Below are positions 41,516 through 51,709 of a stretch of DNA of 64,000 nucleotides, piece after piece (position 1 is the stretch's first letter; the number at the start of each line of letters is the position of its first letter). The position numbers and the translations under genes were made by a program. The notes beneath the pieces were generated by a model. The model worked only from the letters and a program-made list of their open reading frames with translations. It did no database searches and was not told the DNA's origin. Source of the stretch: Polyangiaceae bacterium. Its GTDB lineage: Bacteria; Desulfobacterota; Binatia; UTPRO1. The stretch spans positions 5,205-69,204 of the forward strand of contig JANNPN010000214.1 of NCBI GenBank assembly GCA_031400185.1, in the 5' to 3' direction.

Positions 41516-41995
41516 ATGACGATCGATCGTGCCGAGCTCCGTCGCGTCATGGGTCACTTCGCAACCGGGGTCGCCGTCATCACCACGCGCGACGACGACG
41601 ACCGGCCCTACGGTCTCACCGCGAACGCGCTCTGCTCCGTCTCGCTCGACCCCCCGCTGCTTCTCGTGTGCGTCGACAAGAAAGCCGAGAGCCACCCTGC
41701 GTTCACGCGGTCCGGCGTCTTCGCGGTCAACATCCTCGGACACGAGCATGAGGACCTGTCGCGGCGGTTCGCGGTCTCGGGCGGTGAGAAGTTCGTCGAT
41801 GTCGCTCATCGGACGGGCGTGACCGGGGCCCCGTTGCTCGAGGGCGTGCTCGGCGTCGTGGAGTGCCGCGTGGTTGCCGTCCACGACGCGGGCGACCACA
41901 CCATCTACATCGGTGAGGTCGCGCACCTCGAGACCGGCGACGGCCACCCGCTGCTGTTTTTTCGTGGGAAATACCGGCGGTTGCACGAAGACTGA
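41516..41995 (+). CDS. flavin reductase-like (NAD(P)H:flavin oxidoreductase, HpaC family)
   Basis: MGHFATGVAVITT...YGLTANALCSVSLDPPLLLVCV signature. Confidence 0.8.
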   Translation: MTIDRAELRRVMGHFATGVAVITTRDDDDRPYGLTANALCSVSLDPPLLLVCVDKKAESHPAFTRSGVFAVNILGHEHEDLSRRFAVSGGEKFVDVAHRTGVTGAPLLEGVLGVVECRVVAVHDAGDHTIYIGEVAHLETGDGHPLLFFRGKYRRLHED

Positions 41996-42058
41996 GCCGG
42001 TCCGCAAAGCGTTTTGCAGGTGGGAAACCGGCCTGCCGCAGTGTAGAACCAACTCCGC

Positions 42059-43605
42059 ATGTCCGTCACGCCGCAATTGGGCATCGTCGTCCTCGCCGCC
42101 GGTCGCGGCACGCGTATGCGATCCGACCGGGCCAAGGTCCTCCACGCGGTGGCTGGAAAGCCGTTCATCGTCTCCGTGCTCGAGACGGCGGCAGCCCTCG
42201 CGCCGGATCGGCTCGCGGTCGTGGTCGGTCATGATGCCGACGAGGTCGAGCGGGTCTGTGAAGCGCATTTCGCGCGCCGGCCGATCGCCGGATCCGTCGC
42301 CTATCCGCGCCAGGTCGAGCAGCGCGGGACGGGCGACGCGGTGCGCTCCGCGGCCGGCGCGTTCGAAGGCTTCGACGGCGACGTGTTGATCCTCTACGGC
42401 GACGTGCCCGGCCTCGCCGTTCCTACCCTGCAGGCCCTGCTCGATCAGCATTGCGCGCGGCACGCCGAGCTTTCGCTCCTCACGACCGAGGTCGACGACC
42501 CGACCGGCTACGGCCGCATCCTGCGCCATGCCGACGGGTCGCTCCGCGGGATCGTCGAGCACAAGGACTTGGCGCCCGCCGAGCGGGGCGTGCGCGAGAT
42601 CAACCCCGGCATCTACTGTGTGCGGTCGCGCGCGCTCTGGCCCGCCCTCGCACGCTTGCGCGCGGACAACGCCCAGAGCGAATACTACCTGACGGATATC
42701 GTGGCGATGGCCGTCGAGGCGGGAGCAACCGTCGTGACGCGTACCGTCCCCGATCCCGGCGAGGTCGCCGGCATCAACTCACGAGCGGACATGTCGAACC
42801 TGGAGCAACGGGCGCGGAAGGCGCTGGTCGAGAAGTGGATGCGCGCGGGGGTCACGTTTCGCGATCCCGCAACCGCGTACATCGAAGAGGACGTCACGAT
42901 CGGAAGCGACACGGAGATCGGACCGAACGTGCAGTTGCTCGGCCGGACGACGGTCGGCCGCGGCTGTCGGCTCGACGGCACGGCCTTTTTGCAGGACGCG
43001 ACGCTCGGCGACGGCGTGCACTTGCGTCTCGGTGTCGTGCTGACCGAGTGCGAGGTCGGCGACGGCGCGATCATTGGGCCATTCGCGCATCTCCGTCCCG
43101 GCACAGTGCTCGGGCCCGAGGTCCATATCGGCAACTTCGTCGAGGCGAAGAAGGCCAAGCTCGGACGCGGCACGAAGGCGAACCACCTCACCTATCTCGG
43201 CGACTGCGAAATCGGCACGCGAACGAACGTCGGCGCCGGGACCATCACCTGCAACTACGACGGCTTCGCGAAGCATCGGACGGTGATCGGAGACCGCGTG
43301 CAGATTGGGAGCGACACGCAGCTCGTGGCACCGGTCACGGTCGGCGACGACGCGTACATCGGGGCGGGTACCACCGTGACGAGCGACGTTCCGGCGGGCG
43401 GGATGCTCGTCGTCAGTCGTACGCCGCAACGCATGATCGCGGGGTGGGTCGAGCGCCGCCGCGCCCGTGCCTCGGCCGCGAAGGCGAGCCCGCCGGTTCC
43501 GGCGCCGCGCAAGCTCGGGGCGGCAAAGAAACGTACTCCCAAGCGCAAGGTCGTCACCGCGCGGGGAGCAGCACGCGCCCTGGGCGGGCGCCGAGGGAAG
43601 CGCTG

Positions 43606-43606
<1 letters not shown>
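42059..43606 (+). CDS. glmU: bifunctional UDP-GlcNAc pyrophosphorylase / GlcN-1-P acetyltransferase GlmU with basic C-terminal tail
   Basis: LAAGRGTRMRS nucleotidyltransferase motif, left-handed beta-helix hexapeptide repeats, Lys/Arg-rich tail. Confidence 0.9.
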
Positions 43607-45432
<1,826 letters not shown>

Positions 45433-45525
45433 CCGGCCAACGCGCGGAAAGCCCGCGAAACCCCGTCGACTCGGGCGGCGCAGCGGGTTCCCTCTCCGGC
45501 GCCGCCCGGATATGGTTTTCCGACG

Positions 45526-46728
45526 ATGAGCCCCCATCTGGTCTCGATCGAGGAAGCCATCGCCGAGATCCGCGCGGGTCGGATGATCGTCCTCATGGAC
45601 GACGAGGACCGCGAAAACGAGGGCGACATCTGCATGGCGGCCGAGAAGGTGTCGCCCGAGGCGATCGCCTTCATGGCCCGGTACGCGCGTGGGCTGATCT
45701 GCCTTCCGCTGACGGACGAGAAGCTCGCCGAGCTCGGCCTTCCGATGATGGTAGCCGAGAACAGCACGCCTCTCGGCACCGCCTTTACGCTTTCGATCGA
45801 CGCGCGCCGCGGCATCGGCTCCGGCATCTCCGCGGCGGATCGGGCGACGACGATCCTCACGGCCGTCCGCGACGGCGCAGGTCCTGGGGACGTCACCAGT
45901 CCCGGCCACATCTTTCCGCTGCGCGCGCGTCGCGGCGGGGTCCTCGTGCGAACCGGCCAGACCGAGGGCTCCGTCGACCTGGCTCGCCTCGCCGGGCTCA
46001 AGCCCGCGGGCGTCATCTGCGAGATCATGAACGAGGACGGTTCCATGGCCCGCATGCCGGATATCGAGCGATTCGCCGCGGCCCACAATCTCAAGATCGC
46101 GACCGTCGCCGAGCTGATCCAATATCGGCTCCGCCACGATTCGCTCGTGCATCGCATCGCAGAGGCACGCCTGCCGACGCGGTTCGGTGGCGACTTCCGC
46201 GCCGTCGTGTACCGGAGCGACGTCGACGGCGGTGAGCACTTGGCACTCGTGCGCGGCACCATCACCCCCGATCAACCGACGCTCGTGCGCGCGCATGCCG
46301 AGTATCTCCCAGGTGACGTGTTCGGCTACACGCAACGCGACACCGGTGCCGTCCTGCACCAGGCGATGAAGATCATCGCCGACGAGGGCCGCGGCGTCGT
46401 GCTGTACCTCCGTCGCGAGGAGCACGGCGTCGACCTCTTCACCGGGGTCGAGGGCCCGAGCGGTCAACCGAGCACCAATCCCGGTCTCCGCCTGAACGAG
46501 TTCCGCGACTACGGCATCGGCGCGCAGATCCTGCGCGATCTCGGAGTCGGTAAGATTCGGCTCCTCACCAACCATCCTCGGCGGCTCGTGAGCCTGCCGG
46601 GTTATGGTCTCGAGATCGTCGAGCGGGTGCCGCTGTCGTCGGAGCCGCCGACGACGACCGCGGGCGGGACGGCATCGCCAGCGGAGGTTCCGAAAGCAGG
46701 CACGGGAAAGGTCGCCAAGCTCCGCTAG
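45526..46728 (+). CDS. ribBA: RibB (DHBP synthase) fused to a degenerate GTP cyclohydrolase II-like domain
   Basis: N-half RENEGD, SGISAADRA, GHIFPL intact; C-half homologous to RibA but the three Zn-ligand Cys and the Arg nucleophile are substituted. Confidence 0.85.
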   Translation: MSPHLVSIEEAIAEIRAGRMIVLMDDEDRENEGDICMAAEKVSPEAIAFMARYARGLICLPLTDEKLAELGLPMMVAENSTPLGTAFTLSIDARRGIGSGISAADRATTILTAVRDGAGPGDVTSPGHIFPLRARRGGVLVRTGQTEGSVDLARLAGLKPAGVICEIMNEDGSMARMPDIERFAAAHNLKIATVAELIQYRLRHDSLVHRIAEARLPTRFGGDFRAVVYRSDVDGGEHLALVRGTITPDQPTLVRAHAEYLPGDVFGYTQRDTGAVLHQAMKIIADEGRGVVLYLRREEHGVDLFTGVEGPSGQPSTNPGLRLNEFRDYGIGAQILRDLGVGKIRLLTNHPRRLVSLPGYGLEIVERVPLSSEPPTTTAGGTASPAEVPKAGTGKVAKLR

Positions 46729-46758
46729 GTTCGCGAGCCCTACGCCAGGATGTCGACG

Positions 46759-47340
46759 TCAGCGAAAGCTCACACCTATGAGCCCGAAGATCGTGTTGAT
46801 CCCCGGGTTGCTGCTCGCCATCCCGGCGTTCGACATGTGGCGGAACCGTACCTGCAGGCCGACGGCCGCGTCGGGGCTGATCGCGTACTCGAGACCGGCC
46901 CCGATCGTCGACGTGAACTGCAAGCGCGTGCCCAAGTCCTGTTTCCGAAGGTCGGTATAGACGGCACCCTCGCCCGCCTCGATGAACGGTCGCAGGACAC
47001 CGTCGCCGTAGACGAGACGGATGAAGAGCGCATTCAGACCGATCTCGAAGCTCTCGGTCTTGTGCCGCCCGTGGGCGTCGTTGACGTACGCGATCCAAGG
47101 CTCGATCATCCAGAGCGCTCGGATGCCGTACCCTTCGAACCACTGCGAGACGGGGTCCCAGATCGCCAAGCCGACGTACGGATGGGCCGCGTAGTACTGG
47201 ATCTCGCTCGACGGGTTCACGCCGCCGCCCGCGCGCACGCCCCACTCGCGGACCACCAGATGGTCGACGTCGGCCGCTGCGGTGCCAGAACCGGCGAGGA
47301 ACGCGAGCATCACGAAGACGAGCGTGCGAGCGATCCGCAT
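46759..47340 (-). CDS. PagL-like lipid A 3-O-deacylase / outer-membrane beta-barrel
   Basis: Signal peptide MRIARTLVFVMLAFLAGSGTAAA, catalytic-like FRHMSNAG (H-x-S-N), C-terminal aromatic. Confidence 0.6.
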   Translation of the reverse strand: MRIARTLVFVMLAFLAGSGTAAADVDHLVVREWGVRAGGGVNPSSEIQYYAAHPYVGLAIWDPVSQWFEGYGIRALWMIEPWIAYVNDAHGRHKTESFEIGLNALFIRLVYGDGVLRPFIEAGEGAVYTDLRKQDLGTRLQFTSTIGAGLEYAISPDAAVGLQVRFRHMSNAGMASSNPGINTIFGLIGVSFR

Positions 47341-47409
47341 CTGGCGGCGTGGCTGTATCCGGAAGGCCAGGCCACCGCAACCCGTCGGGCTCGCCGACGC
47401 TCCATTCGC

Positions 47410-47880
47410 ATGCCCTGGCAGCTCCGGGTCACCGGGCTCCTCGCCACGTTCCTCTTTGCGACCGCGGGGTACGCGGCGGGGCCGTCGATCGACACCAAGT
47501 GGGGCATCGAGCCGCCTACGAATCCCGACACGAGCGAGCTCGCGCTCACCGTGACGGTCGAGAAGGGATGGCATCTGAACGCCAACGATCCCGACCGACC
47601 GTACGTCATTCCGACGACGCTCGAGATCGAGTCCCCGAGCGGGACGACGATCGCCAGCATCCGCTATCCCGAACCGGTGGTCCGCGAGCTCGGCTTCGCG
47701 AAAGGGACGCTGCTCCGCCTTTACGAGGGCACGTTCAAGATCGGGGTGCGCGTCGCGGGCGCCGTGCCGCCACGGTTCGACGCCAAGCTCGGCTACCAGG
47801 CATGCAACGACGAGACATGCCTCCCGCCGAAGAAGCTCGAGGTTCCGTTCGACGCCAAGGCCGTCGGAGTTGCCAAGTGA
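47410..47880 (+). CDS. DsbD N-terminal (alpha) domain-like periplasmic protein
   Basis: Signal peptide, LGYQACNDETCLPP resembles DsbDalpha YQGCxxxxCYPP Cys pair; only C-terminal part of 376-aa ORF. Confidence 0.55.
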   Translation: MPWQLRVTGLLATFLFATAGYAAGPSIDTKWGIEPPTNPDTSELALTVTVEKGWHLNANDPDRPYVIPTTLEIESPSGTTIASIRYPEPVVRELGFAKGTLLRLYEGTFKIGVRVAGAVPPRFDAKLGYQACNDETCLPPKKLEVPFDAKAVGVAK

Positions 47881-48782
47881 GCCCTCCGGCGGGCGACCTC
47901 GGCGGCACGTTGCTGCGCGCGAGCGCCGCGGGGGAGACCGTGCGCGCGCTCGCTGCCATCACCACGGGTGTGGTCGAGGAGGCGCGCCAGCGCCACGGAA
48001 CCTACCCAACGGCAACCGCCGCGCTCGGGCGCACCCTCACAGCCGGACTGCTCCTCGGGGCGACGATGAAGGACGAGGAGGGGCTCTCGATCGAGATCGT
48101 CGGCGATGGCCCGCTCCGCCGCGTCATGGTGACGACGAACGGCCAGGGCCGCGTCCGCGGGTACGTCTCGCGGCCGGAGACCCACCTGCCGTCGAGGAAC
48201 GGCAAGCTCGACGTCGCGGGCGCGATCGGCGACGGTCTCCTCTGCGTCATGCGGACGCAACCGTGGAACAAGGAGCCCTACCGGAGCGTCATGAAGCTCG
48301 TCTCCGGCGAGATCGCCGAGGACATCACGCACTACCTGGTCACCTCGGAGCAGATGCCGTCGGCGACCGCGCTCGGTGTGTTCGTGAATGCGGACGGTGC
48401 GGTCGGGGCCGCGGGCGGCTACCTCGTGCAGATCCTGAACGGCGCCGCCACGGGGCTCGCGGAGCTGATCGAGCGGAACGTCGCGCGGTTGCCGCACGTG
48501 ACCAACCTCATCCGGCGTGGCGACGGTCCGGGGGAGATCCTGACCGCCGTGCTCGCTGGGCTCGAGATCCGCACGATCGCCGACGAGCCCGTGCGCTTCG
48601 CCTGCCCGTGCAGCCGCGAGCGCGTTCTCGGCGCGATCCTGTTGCTCGGTCCGCAGGAGATCGAGGACATGATCCGCACCGAGGGTCATGCCGAGGTGCG
48701 CTGCGAGTTCTGCGCCGAGCAATACCGTGTCGAGCGCGACGAGCTCACGATGCTCGTTCGCGAGACCCAAGGCTCGGCGTGA
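47877..48782 (+). CDS. hslO: redox-regulated chaperone Hsp33
   Basis: GTG in GTGA overlap with upstream stop; C-terminal zinc centre FACPCSRER...CEFCAEQY. Confidence 0.8.
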   Translation: MSPPAGDLGGTLLRASAAGETVRALAAITTGVVEEARQRHGTYPTATAALGRTLTAGLLLGATMKDEEGLSIEIVGDGPLRRVMVTTNGQGRVRGYVSRPETHLPSRNGKLDVAGAIGDGLLCVMRTQPWNKEPYRSVMKLVSGEIAEDITHYLVTSEQMPSATALGVFVNADGAVGAAGGYLVQILNGAATGLAELIERNVARLPHVTNLIRRGDGPGEILTAVLAGLEIRTIADEPVRFACPCSRERVLGAILLLGPQEIEDMIRTEGHAEVRCEFCAEQYRVERDELTMLVRETQGSA

Positions 48783-48801
48783 TGAAAGAAGGAACCCACC
48801 C

Positions 48802-49248
48802 ATGGACGTGACCCAGGCATTGCTCGGCGAGCACGGCATCGTGCACCTGCTCGTGGAACAGCTCGACGAGTCGCTCGATCGCCACCAGACAACGGCCGAG
48901 CTCCGCGCCGCCTCCGAACCGCTCGCGATCACGCTGCTCGGCCACGCCCGGATCGAGGACGAGACGTTGTTCCAGCCGTACGAGAAGCACACGGGCTCGC
49001 TCGGGCCGCTCAAGTGTCTCCGCCATGAGCACGAGCTCATGGATCAGCAAATCCGCGCGATGTTCCGCTTGCAGGATCCCGCCGTGCTGCGGGAGCAGAT
49101 CCGTGCCCTCCTCGATGTCACCCGCCGCCATCTGGCGCGCGAGGAGGAGGTGATGTTCAAGGCGGCGCGCGACGCGATCGAGCAGGGAGAGCTCGAGCAC
49201 CTGGGACACCACTGGGCGGAGTTCCGCGGCGTCCTGCTACGGGATTGA
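48802..49248 (+). CDS. hemerythrin HHE cation-binding domain protein
   Basis: GAAGGA RBS; His/Glu-rich helices HGIVH..E, HARIEDE, HEHE, HLAREEE. Confidence 0.7.
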   Translation: MDVTQALLGEHGIVHLLVEQLDESLDRHQTTAELRAASEPLAITLLGHARIEDETLFQPYEKHTGSLGPLKCLRHEHELMDQQIRAMFRLQDPAVLREQIRALLDVTRRHLAREEEVMFKAARDAIEQGELEHLGHHWAEFRGVLLRD

Positions 49249-49263
49249 CGGTCGCGCGGTCGC

Positions 49264-50091
49264 TCACGCCGAGGAGCCGGCGGCCGACCATTCGGGACGC
49301 GACGGTGCGGGGGGCTCGAGCGTCCGCGTGATCCAGTCTTCGAGGAGCGGGACGTCGGCGAATCCCGGGAGGTCGCGGATGGTCGCGTCGATCTTGCGCG
49401 CAGCGGCCAGGCCGTCGCAGCCCCCGAAGAGATAGCCGGCGACGAAGCGCATCTCCTCGTCGGGCTGTACGCCGCTGCCGACGGGTGCCCAATAGCGCTC
49501 GATCACTGCGCGCGCGATGCGCGCGGTCACGGGGCGCTGCAGACGGCGCTCGGCCTGCTTGAAGTAAAAGAAGAAGTGGCGCGACTCGTCGAGGACGATC
49601 CGATCGAGCAGATCGCGCAGCACGGGATGGTCGACGAGCGCGGCCATCCGGCGATACGCCATCAGCGTGGTGAGCTCGTTGATGGCCCCCCAAGTCATGT
49701 GGACGGCGACGAAGTCGGGCCAGACCCGGGCGAGCCATGAGGTCAGCCGCCGCTCGACCGCTTGCCGGAAGGTCGCGGTCGAGCGCGGCCGCATCGTGAT
49801 GTCGTGCCCCGCCGCCTGGACCAACCGCGCGAGCGCCACCCCGTGGAAGGTCTCCTCGTACACCCAGCACGCCAGGAACGTCGCGACCTCGGGATCGTCG
49901 ATCGCGCGCGTGTCGAGGAGCGCGCGCAAGTAGATGATCGTGTGGCTCTCGATGTCCTGCATGTAGCGCAACGTCCGTACCGCTTCTTGCGGCAGCGGAT
50001 GCTGCGGCACCTGCTCCCAGGCGATCGCCCGGATGTCCACCGCCCGCGAGCGGCTGAGGTACGCGTCGAGATCGATTGGTGACGCCGTCAT
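49264..50091 (-). CDS. acyl-ACP desaturase-like ferritin-fold diiron protein
   Basis: Two EExxH-type motifs (YEETFHG, DESRHF) in 4-helix context, 275 aa. Confidence 0.65.
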   Translation of the reverse strand: MTASPIDLDAYLSRSRAVDIRAIAWEQVPQHPLPQEAVRTLRYMQDIESHTIIYLRALLDTRAIDDPEVATFLACWVYEETFHGVALARLVQAAGHDITMRPRSTATFRQAVERRLTSWLARVWPDFVAVHMTWGAINELTTLMAYRRMAALVDHPVLRDLLDRIVLDESRHFFFYFKQAERRLQRPVTARIARAVIERYWAPVGSGVQPDEEMRFVAGYLFGGCDGLAAARKIDATIRDLPGFADVPLLEDWITRTLEPPAPSRPEWSAAGSSA

Positions 50092-50338
50092 CTGGTTGCC
50101 CTACGTGTCATGCCGCCTCCGCGGATGGACGGTGGATCTCGGTCTGCCAATCCGGCCAGCCCCACCTCGTCGTAGGACGCCAGAAGGCCTCGTGAGGACG
50201 CAACGACCATCATCCCCCCCCGGTGGACGCTTCGTCGCCGGCGCTCCGTCCGGCGCTGCGACTGCCGTGCTCTTGTGTAGCCACGTGCCGGGTCCGGTGT
50301 CCATGCATCGGGACTCTCGATCGGCCGGCAATGCTGCT

Positions 50339-50935
50339 ATGAGCCCCCGGCGGAGCGCACGGGTGGAACAAACCGAGGATATCGACGCCGGGCTGGTCGC
50401 ACGTATGGCGCTGGGCGACGAGTCGGCGTTGACGGCGCTCTACGATCGGCTGTCGTCGCTCGCATACGGCGTGGCACTCCGGGTGGCAGGCAACTCTGAT
50501 GCGGCCGAGGACGCGGTGCAGGAGGCATTCCTCAGAGTGTGGCGACGCGCCGACCGGTTCGACGCGAGCCGCGGCCGGGCACGGCCGTGGTTCCTGCGCC
50601 TGGTGCGGAACGTCGCCATCGACCAGCGGCGGGCGCGCGGCGTGCGCGACCGAGCCGAGACCGAGAAGATCCTCGACGTCAGCGACAAGATCCCCGCCGA
50701 CCAGCCGGATGACATCGCCTCGCGCGCCGAGCGGGCGACCCGGCTCCGCGCCGCGCTCGAGCAGCTTCTTCCGGTCGAGCAGCGGCGCGCGATCGAGATC
50801 GCCTATTTCGAAGGGCTCTCCCACAGTGAGATCGCCGAGCGCGAGGGCATGCCGCTCGGCACGGTGAAGACGAGGATCCGCGACGGCGTGCTGCGCCTGC
50901 GGGCGTTCCTCGGACGTGACGGTCATGGCGCCTGA
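50339..50935 (+). CDS. ECF RNA polymerase sigma factor
   Basis: Region 2 AVQEAFLRVWRRADRF and region 4 HTH; start at internal ATG. Confidence 0.85.
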   Translation: MSPRRSARVEQTEDIDAGLVARMALGDESALTALYDRLSSLAYGVALRVAGNSDAAEDAVQEAFLRVWRRADRFDASRGRARPWFLRLVRNVAIDQRRARGVRDRAETEKILDVSDKIPADQPDDIASRAERATRLRAALEQLLPVEQRRAIEIAYFEGLSHSEIAEREGMPLGTVKTRIRDGVLRLRAFLGRDGHGA

Positions 50936-51692
50936 GCTCGAGACGAACATCGACGAGCGCGAGCTCGACGACCTCGCCATCGAGGCATTGGCGGAAGCCT
51001 ACGCCGCGCCGGCCCCGCCGCGTCTCCGCGAGCGGATCGTCGCGGCCGTCGACCGCGAGCGCGAGCGTGGGCGTTCGGCCCGGACCGTCCAGCGCACCCG
51101 GGTCGTGGGCGCGCTCGCGGCGAGCCTGGCGCTCGTATTCGCGGGCCTCTTCGCCCGCGAGCTGCAACGCGGGCGCGAGAGCGGGATCGAGCTTGCGGCG
51201 CTCGCGCGTCAGAACGAGCTTCTGGCCCAGCAGAACGGGGTGCTCGCGACTCGCCTCGACGAGCAAGGGCGGGAGATCGTCGAGCAGCGACGCGTCCTCA
51301 CGGGTCTGCACGAGGCGCTCGAGTCGCAGTCGCAAGTGCTGCGCCTCGTCGGCGGGCCGCGCGTGCGGACGGCAACGCTGGCGCCGCAGAAAGGCGTCAC
51401 CGGCACCGGGCGGGTGCTCGTCGACGCTGCGAGCGGCGATGCCGCGATCGTGCTTTCCGGCCTGCCGCCGCTCGAGGAGGGCAAGACCTACGAGCTCTGG
51501 GTGATCCGCGGCAAGAAAGCGCCCGAGCCCGCAGGTCTCGTCGCCGTCAGCGACGCGCACGGAGGCGCCGTGCGGATGCCGTCGGTACCGCGTCCGAATG
51601 AGGTCACGGCGTTCGCGGTGTCGATCGAGCCCCGCGGCGGGTCCACGTCGCCGACGGGTCCCATCGTCCTGGTCGGCCCGGTCGCCGGATAG
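50916..51692 (+). CDS. anti-sigma factor, RskA-like (anti-sigma-K C-terminal domain)
   Basis: N-terminal anti-sigma helix, one TM, C-terminal YELWVI...VSIEP domain; overlaps sigma gene. Confidence 0.7.
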   Translation: MTVMAPELETNIDERELDDLAIEALAEAYAAPAPPRLRERIVAAVDRERERGRSARTVQRTRVVGALAASLALVFAGLFARELQRGRESGIELAALARQNELLAQQNGVLATRLDEQGREIVEQRRVLTGLHEALESQSQVLRLVGGPRVRTATLAPQKGVTGTGRVLVDAASGDAAIVLSGLPPLEEGKTYELWVIRGKKAPEPAGLVAVSDAHGGAVRMPSVPRPNEVTAFAVSIEPRGGSTSPTGPIVLVGPVAG

Positions 51693-51709
51693 CGACGGAT
51701 GGGTCCCGG

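Noticed and set aside
40847-42562. 571-aa minus-strand ORF
   Set aside because: Only the last 201 codons (L,D-transpeptidase lipoprotein from MFWNAVV) look real. The upstream 370 codons run antisense through the flavin reductase and the glmU 5' end and are low-complexity Arg/Asp-rich.
45433-45525. Possible FMN riboswitch upstream of ribBA
   Set aside because: Spacer is only ~93 nt and lacks the conserved RFN element sequences.
46750-47409. N-terminal 220 codons of 376-aa plus-strand ORF
   Set aside because: Antisense to the PagL-like gene; only the signal-peptide-bearing C-terminal 156 codons are plausible.
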